Source of the DNA: Selaginella moellendorffii
Lineage: Eukaryota > Plantae > Lycopodiophyta
Direction of reading: 5' to 3'
Assembly: GCF_000143415.4 (NCBI RefSeq)
Contig: NW_003314311.1
Coordinates: 225,629 to 287,008, forward strand
Length of the DNA stretch: 61,380 nucleotides
Shown here one piece after another: positions 37,833-51,193 of this stretch. Position 1 is the stretch's first letter, and every line of letters begins with the position of its first letter. Made by a program: the position numbers and the translations under genes. A model generated the notes under the pieces. The model did no database searches and had not been told where the DNA came from. It worked only from the letters and a program-made list of their open reading frames with translations.

Positions 37833-38897
37833 GAGGAAGTATTTAATAGCAGTGATAGACACACTAGCAAAAGCTCTAACTTCCACCCAGTGAATCAAGT
37901 AGTCAGAAGCAATAATGATATACTCATTGCCAGTAATCGACTGTGGAAAAGGCCCCATTAGATCAAACATTACCAACTCAGATGGACGAGAAATTACAAT
38001 TGACTTCAATTATCCTTTCATAACACGAAGGGGAGTATTACGAGATTAGCACCAAATGCAACTACACACATACTAGATAACATCACATTACATTTCCAAC
38101 TAATAGAAAAACCTATACAACTTTTTGATCACAAGACCATATCCTATATACTTGCCTCAAATATGAAAATCATGGTAGATGTGAAGAAAACATGGAATAA
38201 AGATTAAAGACACCACCTACCGTATATGATCATTAGGATCTGTCCTTATAAAATAAAAAAAGTTGTTTTTAAGACAATATTAAGAATGTAAATGCTACAA
38301 TAGCAAATCATTAGTAAATGATGCAAAATTCTTAAATCCATTGTAAAGGCGTCAAATCCATGGCTCAACCTTTTGAGCCTCACAAACCTTATCAAGAGAA
38401 AGGTAAATCTTGCTTCACACCTTATAGATATTAAATATTATTAATGGCACAGAATCCTTGTCCAAAAAATCCATAAATGCTGGAAAAATAGGCTCATCAG
38501 AAATATGAGAAGAGCAAAGAAGGAAGAGGAGCTTAATAAAGGACATCAATATCAACTATAAAACTCTTTAGGCAATGAACAACATTGAAATCATATATCT
38601 AAAGCTTCAAAGCCTACTGAGCAATACAACCACCCAAGTTTTTTAGTTTCAATAATAAACTACAATATAATCACTTTCTAGTAATGTCCAAGAACCATAT
38701 AAATAGGCATGAAGTTGAAACCCCAAACTACTATTAAACACTCCTTTGTTATGGAGTAGTTCACCTCCATTGGTTGAAATATATAGCTGATATATGCAAT
38801 GGGATGGCACTGATTAAACACACTCAAGCTCTTTTGCATCAAAACACTTCCAAGACTGATATCAAAAGTATCTATGCACAAAATGAAAATCAAGTAT
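37833..38897 (-). other. Internal inversion of the RNaseH-integrase segment in gypsy element 2
   Basis: ORFs 38678..38935(-) (CHPIAYISY) and 37764..38009(-) (FDLMGPFP) lie on the opposite strand to the flanking pol; the same segment is on + in element 1. Confidence 0.88.
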
Positions 38898-40138
38898 TCA
38901 ATTGAGTGGTGTTTTAGCATTCTTGTCCAAAGCAAATTCTTTTAGATAATAGTCCCATATTTATGGTTGAGGCATTTTAAATGTTATTGTCTTGATTGAG
39001 GATATACCACACTTTCACGAGTGCTTATCATCAATAGTGAAATGGTTTGGTAAGAATGGCTTATTCAGACCTTCAAAGGGATGATCATGAAGTATATGAG
39101 CTTTTAACATTTTAATTGGGAGCCACGAGTTGCTGATGTTAGGTCTTAGGATTAATATTTGACAAGCATTCTTCCATTAGTTTGAGTAAAATATGCTATA
39201 TAAAAGTGGGACAATAATGGCATTATAACTCCTCGTCATTTACCTACAAAGTATAAAATGGATGACTTAGTGTTAGTTTATTTTCCCAATCTTATAGTTT
39301 ATGATTTGTCTAAAAAGCTTTTTGCTCAGTGGAAGGGACTATATTGAGTGTTGTGGCAAGTTGAACCACAAGTTTATGAGGTTCAGTATGACGAATAACA
39401 TGTTGATCCTCTAGAAATTATACATATATAACAATTAAAATGTTTAATACAAAAGAATTAGAAACAAATTGGCACCATTTATAGATTCACCAATGCCTCC
39501 TCCTGATATTCCTTTGGATCCTAGCCTGTCCACTAGAGAACCATGACTATCTTCCATCATTCCAAGAAAAGGGGATGATGTGAGGTCCAAATATATAGCT
39601 ATAATATTGTATATTATTATTAGCGTAATGAAATTTTAATAACCGTTGAATTGGTTTCAATTTAAACCACTCACTCATGTATATATGCTAGGGTTTTTTG
39701 GCTAATTGATATACACACACACATTCAATCTCTCTAAGTAACATAATAATAACAAAGTATTTTACTTTAATATTGATGTTCTAATATATATTGATAATTA
39801 TAAACAATAATTTCTAGATTAATTTAGATATAACAATAAGTTTAAATTATTTTTATATTTTTCTAGAAAAAATATAAATGATATGAAATTTTTGAAACAA
39901 ATAGAAAGTAATTTAGAAATTAGATAATTGCTAGGTATGAGGTGAATGCAATTAACCTAAATCATAAATATAAGATTTATGTTCTTTGATGTAGAATAGC
40001 TTTAATTACGTTGTAGAAGTATCTTGCTGAACCTAGCACATGTTGTTTTTTAAATATAGAAAATTGACCTTAAGGAAAAAAATCATATCTTTATAATTGT
40101 GCTCTGTTACTAGGGTTTAGTTAGGGCTTGTATGGGAA

Positions 40139-43100
40139 ATGGCGGAGATGCTGCTCCAGACGCTCGCCTCGCAGGTGAGGGCCGCGCACACATTCGATGA
40201 TCACGGCGGCGGCGGTGGTGCGGCGGTGGCTGCTGCTGCTCTGCCGCCGCCGCCGCTCCTCCCATCGGTCCAGGTATGCACGCTGCTCAAGATGAATCTC
40301 CAGATGCTCGCGGCGCAGGGGCTGGCATTGCATCCCTCGGCTGCATTGCGGCTGCTGGAGACAGGATCGCCGTTTTCGAATCTTCGCCTCCACCCCTGTC
40401 AGGCGATCACAAGCTCCGTGGCGGCGACCTATGTGTATTTCCTCCAGCACGGGTGCGAGAAGGTCGCTGTGGAGTCGGCGCTGTGCCTGAAAAGGGAGAT
40501 AGAAACTTTGAGCAGGAGCTTGGCGGGGAAGAAGGGGGCGATGGGGCTTGTGGAAGCCGAGGTGGTTTCCCTTCTCAAGTTTGATCTCTTGCTCCTGCTG
40601 ATGAGCGTGAGAGCAAATGCCGCGGAGTCACAGGTCCAGAAGGTGAAAAACATCATCAACTTCGTTCTCGAGAAGTCTGATCCTTTTGAAGCTCCCGTTC
40701 GCTGGCACTCGGAGCTCCAGTTAGCGGTGGTCCAGGCCTTGCGGAGAGTTTTCTCCTGGATAGTTCCTTGGGAGGTTGATGCCGAGGGAGCCATGGAGTT
40801 CTTCGGGAAATGCAGTGTGGCTATGGCTCGTGGCTTGGAGAAAGAGGTGGCAAGCTTAACCGTGAGGATAGAGGTGCTGGAATGGATCGGCGAGTTTCCA
40901 AAGTGGTTTAGGAAGCTGGAAGGTATGACTCTCCTCAGCGGCAGCTTGTTCGCGGCTTTAGTGGCTACTGCTTCCGACGAGGAGAACACAGTGAGGCTGC
41001 AAGCTTCTAAGACTTTCGGTGCTCTTCTTCGCCACAAGTGCTTGAGCTCTTCTCAGGTTTACTCCGTGGCGAGTGCGGCGTTCGAGCAGCTTGGGGATCC
41101 CGACCCGGGCATCCAAGCTGCGTTTTGCGAAGTCCTCGCGACGTGCGCCTTGGGTGCGCTGTGGGTGCACGGATGGAACTCGGATTTAGATGCGAAGGAA
41201 GAGGGGAACTTCGTTACTAAGAGGCCGCTTGAACGTGAAAAACACTGGAGATCGGTGCTATCAGCGAACCGTTTCGCGCTACAATTGAGCCCGCCACAGG
41301 TGGTTTGCATCCTGAATTATATATCTCAGCGTCCACAGAGCTTGCCAGCGGGGTGGCAGCAGCGTCTGGTTTTCAACTGCTTGAAGACCAAAAGTGCCGA
41401 CGACAAGAAGCAGGGTGATGGACTGGATAGAAAGGAAGATTGTAGTGTTGTGGAGGACGCTGCCCGTTTTGATCTGGTGGAGAGCTGGTGCTGTAGTAGC
41501 AACATGGCTGCTGCTTGGTTCATTATCCAGGAGCTAGCTCGTCACTGCATCACTGTGAGGTTTCGTACTCACCTTGGAGGACCAACGCAGACATTCGCAG
41601 CTCTCGAGCGAATGCTGCTGGATCTTCCCCAGCTTGTACAGTCGGAATCGTCCGCAGCCAACACGTCAGAGCTGCTACCAATGAGACTCCTTTTGGAGCT
41701 GGTTGATAGCTTACAGAGGAACATCTATAACGCCTACGAAGGCTCACTAGTTTTGGAGGCCCCGTCCTTCTCCAGCGGCCTCTTCTTCCGTGCCAACAAG
41801 AAGGTTTGCGAGGAGTGGTTTGCCAGAATCCGGGAAGCCTTGGTGAACGCTAGCAGCGTGATACAGTGTCACTTTGGGACGGCCCAGCACGCTCTCTTTC
41901 GGCTGCATGACTTGAGGCCGATGGCACTAGCTGCGCTGCGGGACTTGCCGCGTAGTCAAGCTGCTGACGGCGGCCTGACCTTGAAGGTGAAGCTCCAACA
42001 GGACGTTTTCCGTGTGCTTCGTCATGGATCTCTAGCACTATGCAAGCTGCACGAGAGCGACTCCATACTTGGACTTCAAGCGTGGGCAGTGACGGCGTTC
42101 GCTGGGTTGATCCTTGAGGAAGTTCACAAAGTTAGCTCTCCGCTGGGGCCGGTCGGGTGGATGAACGGATTGGCTTTTGAGGCGAGAGGAGAGTTTGAGA
42201 GAGCTGCAGCACATTACTCGCAGCTCTTCCAGTCCGAAGAAACTTTATCTGTTCTAGGCGCGGACGGAGTGCAGTTTATCATCGGCAGGATTGTGGAAAG
42301 CTACGTCTCGCTCTCGGACTGGGAAGCTCTAGAAGGCTGGCTCCAGGAGCTGCAGGTTTTGCGCGCAAAGCATGCGGGAAAGTCGTACACGGGAGCCCTG
42401 ACGACTGCCGGTATCGACATGAACTCGATACACGCACTGTCCCGTTTCGACGCTTCTGACATGGAAGGGACTTGGGGATACTTGGACTTGACACCTCAGA
42501 GCAACAACGAGATTACTATCGATCCTCGTCAGGCACTCCAGAGAAGCGAGCAGATGCTGTTACAGGCCATGCTGAGGAAGGATAGTGAAGTAGAAGATGC
42601 CGCTCGGGAGATGAAGCTTGCTAGAGCTATGCTGGACGGACCGTTGCTGGTATCTTCGCTCGACGACCTCAGTGACGCTGCTCCGTATTTGACACAGCTT
42701 CACTGCATTGAAGTCGTGGAATCTTGGAAGGGACCGTCTGAACGCCAGGAAGGGATACAGGATATCTCGCTGAAGTATTTCAACCATCCTGCGGACGAAG
42801 TGTACCAAGACTGCCACTTATGGTTGAAGGTGTTACGTGTTTACAAGACGGTCTTTCCTCACGCGGGCGTCACTTCGACGTTGCGACGGCAGTTGGTCCG
42901 ATTGGCGAGAAAGCATGGCAACTTCCGACTTGCTAGGAGAATGCTGAAAGAAATGGATGGCGAGAACTGGGATTCAAAGGTAGCGGCTTACGAGAACTCC
43001 TTGCTTCACTTTTCCGAGGGCCAGCATGCAAAAGCCATGACAGAGCTGTGGCCGCTGGTTAAGAACTTCATTGCCGAAAGCGAACGGGCACTTCCATTCG

Positions 43101-46100
43101 AAGGTGATGTTATGGCTGCAACGTCGTGCTTAAAACTTGGTTCCTGGCTACAAAAGAGGCGAACGGAGAATGATTTTGCCGGGTTGCTGTCGGAGATGGA
43201 CCTGACCAGTGGATCTGGTGGCATGATTTTGGAGGAAGTCACTGGCGCAGCAGTGAAAGCGGCAACGCTCCATTGTCCGTCTTTTGGAAAGGCCTGGTTT
43301 TCTTATGCTTCGTGGTGCTACTCACTCGCAAGGTGCGGTTTTTTCGGCAATGAGACGCTGTCAAAGGCTAGCATCTTTCCGCAAGTACTGGAGAAAGAGC
43401 TGATTTCAAGTTCACCTTCCTTGACAGACGAGGAAATGATGAAAATTCAGGCGATGATAAAATCTCTTGGTGGTGAACTAGAGGACGCCATCTTGGAAAT
43501 GCTGGTGAAGCGGGTAGTATTTTTGCTGGAAGCGGCAGCAAGGGAAGCAGGCTTTGAAAAATGGGATGGAGAGTCTCTCAGTTTGCAGCTGCGCCAGGAA
43601 CTACAGGTTCTCAAGCCGAGCAGCGTCCCGGGCCTTATAAATGAGCTCCTACAGGTTTGGTGGGGTGTTCGAAAGAGAAGAATATCCTTGTTTGGGTACG
43701 CTGCTCACGGGTTTCTGAAGTACATGAGCTTGTCGAATCGAACCACCGTGAGATCCAACCCGCTGAAACAAGACTCGACTCTGAGCGCTTCGTTGTTTGT
43801 GCTAAATATCCTTCAGACTTGTGGAGTGGAGCTTGAAGATATACTTCAGCAGGGACTGTCCTCTATACCGCCATCTCCATGGAAGGTAGGACTTTTTTCT
43901 CTTCGTTTTTGGTTCTCCTTATTTTTTTTCCTTTTCTTTCTTGTTTGCTGCATTGTAGGAAATCACGCCTCAACTTTTTGCATGCGTAAGCAGTCATCCA
44001 GAGGCTAAAGTGAGGAAGCAGCTCGAGGGACTGCTAATGAGCCTTGCGAACGTGTATCCGTGGGCTATAGTTTATCCGACACTTGTACATTTTAATGCCT
44101 CAGAGGGCCAATCGTCCGAGGAGTTGGAACGCATCTTGAACTCTCTGGTAAGATTTTTACAGTTGTTGCCATTTCTAACTTGTTTAATTTCTTTTACAGT
44201 CAAAGTTGCATCCGAAAGTAGTGAATGACGTGCGGTTGATGATAGCTGAGCTCGGATCAATAACGTTTCTTTGGGAGGAGCAATGGCTGACTACGCTTCA
44301 GGATCTTCATGCAGGTAAAATATTTGCTACACGATTAAATGATTTCCCTTTAAAATGGCTTTTGTATTTTTTTTAGATGTGAGTCGTCGAATCATCACTT
44401 TGAAAGAAGAGGCCGCAAGAATAGCTGAAAATCAGACTCTTAGCCCCGACGAGAAGACAAAGATAAACGCAGCCAAGTATGCAGCAATCATGGCTCCAGT
44501 ATCGTATGCATTGGAGCGACGGCTCACTCTTACATCGAGACCAGCAGAAACGCCACATGAAGTCTGGTTCCAAGAACACTTTGGTGGCCAACTCAGAGCT
44601 GCAATCACAACGTTTAAGACGCCTCCGGGTGGGAACATTACTCTAAATGACGTCTGGAAGCCATTTGACGCCATCGCAGCATCTTTATCAAATCATCACA
44701 AAAGGTCGGCCGTGGTTTTGCAAGACGTATCTCCACGCCTCGCTGCCTTGACGCACTCAGATGCGCCAATGCCAGGCCTTGAGTTCCCAGATGCGGACTT
44801 AGTAACGGTGGCAAACTTCAACGACCAGATTACGATCCTAGCAACGAAAACAAAGCCAAAGAAGGTCTCTGTGACGGGATCAGATGGTCAAGTTTACAAC
44901 TATCTGCTCAAAGGAAGGGAGGACCTTAGGCTGGATGCGAGAATCATGCAGCTACTTCGCGCTTCAAACAAGATGCTACGGGCGTCTAGCGCTACGAGAC
45001 GTGAAGGCTTGGCTGTCAAGTGCTACTCCGTGACGCCGATAAGTGGTCGTGCCGGCTTAATTCAGTGGGTTGACAATGTGACGAGCCTGTACTCGGTTTA
45101 CAAGGCTTGGCAGCTTCGCCAACAGGCAGCACAGCTCTCATCGAATGCTGTCTCAGGTGCTCCTCCACCTCTGCCACGCCCCAGCGACATGTTCTACGGG
45201 AAGATCATTCCAGCTTTGAAAGAGAAGGGACTGCGAAAAGTCATATCCCGGAGAGACTGGCCACAGGATGTCAAAAGGAAAGTCTTGCTGGATCTTATGA
45301 AAGAGACACCGAGGCAGCTACTATACCGAGAGCTTTGGTGCGCAAGCGATGGATTAAAAGGATTGAACAAAAAAATTAAGAGGTCTGTGATGCTCGAATC
45401 ATTTGATAATGGACTAACTTGTTACCTTTTTTGCTAGATTCTCCGGCAGCGTTGCGGTTATGAGTGTGATTGGACACGTTCTTGGCTTAGGCGATCGTCA
45501 CCTAGACAACATTCTAATTGATTTTAGCTCCGGAGACGTGGTGCATATCGACTACAATATCTGTTTTGAAAAGGGTCGGAGGCTGAAAGTTCCCGAGATC
45601 GTTCCATTTCGACTGACACAGACTATCCAAAATGCGCTTGGGCCTACTGGTGTGGAAGGCTTCTTTCGAGCTAGCTGCGAAGCTGTTCTGAGCGTTCTAC
45701 AGAAGAACAAAGAAGTGATACTTATGCTGCTGGAGGCATTTGTATGGGATCCTTTGGTGGAATGGATGAGGGGAGATGGTCACGATGAGGCCACGATTGG
45801 AGGTGAAGAACGTAAAGGCATGGAACTTGCTGTGAGCCTCAGCTTATTTGCTTCACACGTTCAGGAGAATCGTGTTGCACTTCAGGTAAGAGTTCACATT
45901 TTCTTTCATGAAAGGATTTTACTGAAACAAGATGCATTGTAGGAACACCATGATCAGTTACTGCGGACGCTCCCCACAATACCCTCTACTCTTCAGGTAA
46001 GTTTTATTTATATATTTTTACTAATTTGAATCGCTTCCCCAATCTCATGTGCAGAGCTGGGCAGCTGGATACGAAAACTTTGAAAGATGCTCGACTCTTG

Positions 46101-49100
46101 CCTACCATATAAACCAGAAAAAGTATGCTGCTGAAAACGCGGAGGTCGCTGCTAGGAACCTTTTAGCTGAAGCCTCTGGTTCTCTAGAGAAGACACACGT
46201 GACATACGAGATACAGGCTCGCGAGTTCGCCCAGTCCAAAGCACGTACTGCAGAGGCAGCTAGAGAAACCACACAGTGGATTGAGCAGCGCAGCAGAGTT
46301 CTCGATTCTCTCCGAACGGACACAGCTCCAGAACTCCAGGCACTGGGACAACTGACTCATTCGACAGACGCTGTTTCCTTGCTACAAGCAGTAGTTGCGT
46401 CCGGAGTAGCTTTGACAGTCCTGCCCGAGCCGACACAAGTCCACTTCAGAGAGGTTGACAGGGACATTTCTCAGTTCACATCAGCGCGGCACGAAGCTTT
46501 GCTGCATGCCCGAGCAACTCTGCAAGCCTATTCTCTAGCGTTGCAGAGGCTTCTGCCAGGGAACTATTATACAACGAGCTACGTACATAGTTGGGCGAAG
46601 ATACTCCAGTTGCTAAGCATGCAAGTCACTCCGGAGGTGCTGGGCGTGACCAAACGGCAAGCAATAGACATTACTGCGGGAGGACGTGGAGATCACGACG
46701 ATGTTATTTGCCAGAAACACGAGAAACTGAGGTCACACGTTGAGCTTCTCGGCGAAGAAGTCCAGAAGCTAGAGCAGGGACGTCTACAACTTGAAGAATC
46801 AGTCGATCCGGATGCGGAGAAAAGAGCCAAGGACAAACTCATGGGGATTTTTCTTCGTAGCCTCCAGCAGGGAAAGAAAGATGAGGATGACGCGGGTTTA
46901 TACGATTTCGAGGAAAGGCGGCTCAAAGTTATTTTGGTTCTTCAGTCTGCTGCATCAACTATTTACAGTGAGATTGGGAATCATGCGGCTAATCTTCAAG
47001 GTATTGGAATGGAGGAGTCCATACGAAGGTGGTGCTTTCCAGAGCTCGAGGGACTAGTTGAGAGGGCTGTCCTCGTCTCGGACGTATTGAACGAGCTTCA
47101 ACAGTTCAGTGGGAAGGCTACTGGATATCGTGCGAATCCGTGGGACTCAAACTCGAGTTTTACTGCAGAGTTGAAGGGCTTTACAGACTGTCTTGCTGGT
47201 ATTGATCACCTCGTGAAGCAGATGATAGGCGTGGTGCTTCCAGAGGCTGTGAAGGCTGCTCTTTCACAGGATCCAGCCGTCATGGACGCGTTCGCATCTT
47301 TATCCCAGATACGAGGAGCTATTGACACAACTCTTGAGAAGGTGGCGGAGATAGAGATGCAGAAGTCGGCTTTGTTAGAACTCGAGAGAACTTATCCTGA
47401 CAGGCTGGAAGAGCTTGTGAAGCGGAAAACATTCCTGGAAGAGGCAGCTGCTGGTGGCAAGGATGATCTTTCCTGGGAAGAGGCTGAGGAGCTTGCAAGT
47501 CAGGAAGATCTCTGCCGAGAGCAACTGGAGACGTTGCAAAAGGCTTGGTCTCAACGCAGTGCACAGGCTTCAGCTGTGTTAAGAATGGAAGGACTCGTGC
47601 GATCAGCCTTAGCGTCCGCAGACCAACGTTTCGAGGCACTAGTAGCACTGGACAGGGATGATCTTCACTTGATGAGGGGAAAGGTTCTCTTGGCAGCTTT
47701 TGCGAAGCTGTTCTCTGGGCTTGAGTCGCTGGATGCCGCTCTGAGAAGAGTTCCAGTTGCGAAGACAACGCAGGTTGAGTCTCCTGGGCTTGAATACATT
47801 TGGAGAGCGTCAAACGTCCTCCAAAAGAAGACTTTCTTCGTGTGGAAGGTTTACGTGATGGACATTCTTCTGGACTCATGCGTTCGTGACGCTTCCAACG
47901 ATTTGAGTTTGAGTTTGGATCAAGTTATAAGCCAGCACAAAAGACGACTAGAGGCTCAACTTCAGGGCGTGCTGGACTTATATCTGAGAGAACGCGTCTC
48001 GCCAGCCTTTCTGGACATTATTTTGAAGGAGGCTACCATCTCGAGTTTTGCTGACAATTCCGACAGTTCTAGAGAGGGGGAGGCTGCAAAGAAAGCTGTG
48101 AAGCTACTTCGAGAATACTGTGATGTCCACGAAACAGTCCGAGCGGCAAAGACTGCAGCCTTTGCTCTGAAGATACAGGCGGACGAAGCAAAACAGAGCC
48201 TCCAAAATGCTCAGATCGAGATTGCTCAGATGGAGTGGCTTCATGAGACCGTTTTGCTACCTCGCGTCCAGTTCGTTGCCATGCCATCTGGGCCTTATCC
48301 CGAGAAGTCGACGAGCATTCGGTGGTGGAGTAGAAAGCAGATATTGGACAACATACGAAACTCGATAGCTGCTATCTCGAGAGCTACTGAGGGCTTGCAG
48401 AAAGCGGAGCGGGCAAGTGTGTCCGCTGAAGAGCAGCTAGAAAGGACGATGGCATGGGCTTCTAATCGTGCAGGTACTTCTCAGGAATTCCGTGAACGTC
48501 TTCAAAGAAGGCAGCAACTTCTCTGGACTGGTCAAGAGCACGCCACGAGTACCGTGAGACTTTGTGTTACAGTTTTGGAGTTTGAAGCTTCTCGCGAAGG
48601 CTACCTGGAGTCAAGCTCGAGTAGCTCATCTAGCGACGGGAAATCCTGGCAGCAGTCTTACCAGAGCTTGATCTTGCGGCTGGAGGCTGCCTACATTGCG
48701 TTTACTAGTAAGTTCATCAGTATTATCCTGAATTCTTATTACTTGGAGCGGTTGTTTATACAGGCTGTGACATGGAATGGAAAGCCGCTCAAAAAGCGTT
48801 GGAAGCCGCGAGTGCCAATCTATCTGGTGTACTAAGAGAGCGCCAACTTGTATTTAGCGAATCCGAGTCGAGTGGAGGTTAGTATCTGCTTCATATTTTG
48901 TCTCTCTAAGATCACTGTGCAGCTGAACTACAATCCATATTCTTACAACTAAGACAACTCACTCTTGAAGCTGCCGGGGCTGTGAATGCATTTTGCAAGG
49001 GTGTGCGAAGTCATTCAGCTCTTACCTCCGAAGGTGCCGTCATGCTTGATGAGGCAAGTATTTTTAAAAGTTGGTTCACTGGTGCTAGTTAATTCACCAT

Positions 49101-50312
49101 TCTCAAAACCAGGTGCTGGCATTGACGGAAGGAGCGGATGGAGCGAGTGATGTGCATTCCCTCGCGAAAGAAGCTATCACAGAAAGGCAGAGCCTAATAA
49201 GTGATCTTAAGAAGGTGTGGTCGGATCGGATGATATTTGCCAGGTTTTGTGCTGACTTATTTGTGTCAGGTGCATGCTGCTGTGGCGCCTTTGGAGTTGT
49301 TGCTTCCATCAACAGCAAACGCCATGAGCGCCGACCTGGATGTCAAGGCGGTCATCAAGTCGGGGCAATCGCCTACGTTGCAATCTTTGGATTTAAAGAT
49401 CAAGGAGTCTCTCGCAGATTTGCCTCTGCACGTCTCCAGCGTTCTCGATGCCGCACAAAAGCTGCACTCGGCTCTTACTAGCTTGGGGCGTGCTGCAAGT
49501 GTAGACGCCGGTACTCTCAACAAGGCAAGTCCAAACGTTTCTTAATGCGTGTCTTTCTCTAATGAGCACCTTTTTTCTTGTGTAGGCCTTTGAAGGTATG
49601 GACGAAAGTCCACCGGTATCGGTTTCCACTGAGGATGTTTTCCCGTCTCAACAAAGCAACCTTCAACCTGTGGCGAATCCGCTCGTTGAAAAGGATGTGC
49701 TGGAGGACGATGACTCGTGGATATCCCCGCCGGGTACACAGTCCGGGGACTCGGACTACAGTGTTCAAGAGTCGACATCAACACAGGACCATGAGGTGCA
49801 GCAAAGAAGCCAGGCTGAGAACGTCTCTGTGATTAAAGCATTGGCAGCTGAGGCGATTGAAGGCCAGACACGGGCGAAGGCTGGAGTGTCACAGCATTCT
49901 TTGTCCTCTGAGTGTGACAAGTTACACAGTGGAGAAGCTGCAAGGCCCGGAAACGACCAGAAGCAGCACACCTTGAAAGGAAACTCTAGCAACGCTTTGT
50001 CTGCAAATGTGGATCATCAGTCGCGAGTAGTGAGAGGTATGTTTTTGTGGTTTGTGCACAAGCTAGAAATTGATTAGCTTCTGTTTGCAGGGACTGCTGT
50101 AAACGTTTTGAAACGAGTCCGAACTAAGCTTGAAGGACGTGACATAGATGAGACCGGGTAAGGCTCTCTTGCGTGAGCTAAGATAGTTAAGTTTTGGCTG
50201 TTTTCCAAACAGGCAGCTGAGCATTGCCGATCAGGTGGACCATCTCCTTCGACAGGCGATGAGCATTGACAACCTTTGTAATATGTACGAGGGATGGACA
50301 CCATGGATCTAA
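40139..50312 (+). CDS. SMG1: Serine/threonine PIKK kinase SMG1 (nonsense-mediated decay), multi-exon
   Basis: YLLKGREDLRLD, GLGDRHLDN, HIDYNICFEKG and VPEIVPFRLT kinase motifs; long insertion between kinase and FATC (MYEGWTPWI*). Confidence 0.95.
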
Positions 50313-50551
50313 TCAGGTACCGTTTTGTCTGTTCATTGCAAGTCATGTCTAGCTGACAGTCTTGATGATAGACACCGCGATACTCCGAGGAAAGAAAGCT
50401 GGAGATGACAGGCAGGAAGAATCCATTCTTTCAGGCGCAACTCCGCCGAGAAATTCGCCAACTGAAAGGAGGTAAAGTTTCACAACTCGGGGCTCGACTT
50501 TATACTGTTTTTTGCCAGTTCAGTCAAGCCCTACAAGCACAGATCCAGAAG

Positions 50552-51193
50552 ATGTCGAGCGTGAAGGAGCTGCAAGAATTGCTTTCTCTGACGCCACATC
50601 CCGAAGGTGGCTTCTTCTGCGAGAGCTTCCGCGACGACTCAGTGATACTTCGCAAGGAAACCCTCCCCTCGCAATGTGCGTAGTTCTTTCTTTTTTCATC
50701 TCTCACAGGACTGTCTTGCAGTCAAGGTGGACAGGCCCGTGAGCACAGCCATCTACTTCTTGCTTCCATCCGGGTCGGTCTCCAAATTGCATCGCATCCC
50801 TTCTAGCGAAGTGTGGCATTTTTATGCCGGAGATCCTCTTACAGTAAGTCGCTATTTCCTGAAGAAAAAAAGCGAGTTTTTCCTTGACAGGTTCTTGAGA
50901 TCCATGACAACGGCGAGGTGAAGCAAACAGTCATTGGCCCCGATCTCGCGGCTGGACAGAAGCTGCAGTACACTGTCCAGCCGATGGTCTGGTTTGGGGC
51001 TTTTCCAACCAAGGATTTGATCGACACCACCAAGTGTGTCAAGGCTTCTCCACGAGACTCGGACAAAAATTTCTCGCTGGTTGGGTGTACCGTCGCTCCG
51101 GGCTTCGAGTTTCAGGACTTTGTCATGGGAGAAAGCGAGGAGCTCAAGAAGTTATTCCCCCATTTGGCTGACGTGATAGAGTACCTTACTTGA
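50552..51193 (+). CDS. Cupin_5/DUF985 (RmlC-like) protein, 3 exons
   Basis: LTPHPEGGFF.E, STAIYFLL, HRIPSSEVWHFYAGDPL, QYTVQPMVWFGA and LVGCTVAPGFEFQDF motifs. Confidence 0.92.

Larger units (their letters stand above)
33547..39730 (+). mobile_element. Decayed near-full-length Ty3/gypsy element 2: partial 5' LTR, PBS 35198-35213, gag, PR, RT, RNaseH, IN, PPT, 3' LTR from 39579
   Basis: gag (LQGTVLQWYNAL), CYYCRRSRH knuckle, RT (FCINYHLLNEVTIPNVYPPP, KLDLVFGYW, FIDDILI), GPY/F-like tail; PBS TGGTGGAG is tRNA-Ala type. Confidence 0.88.
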
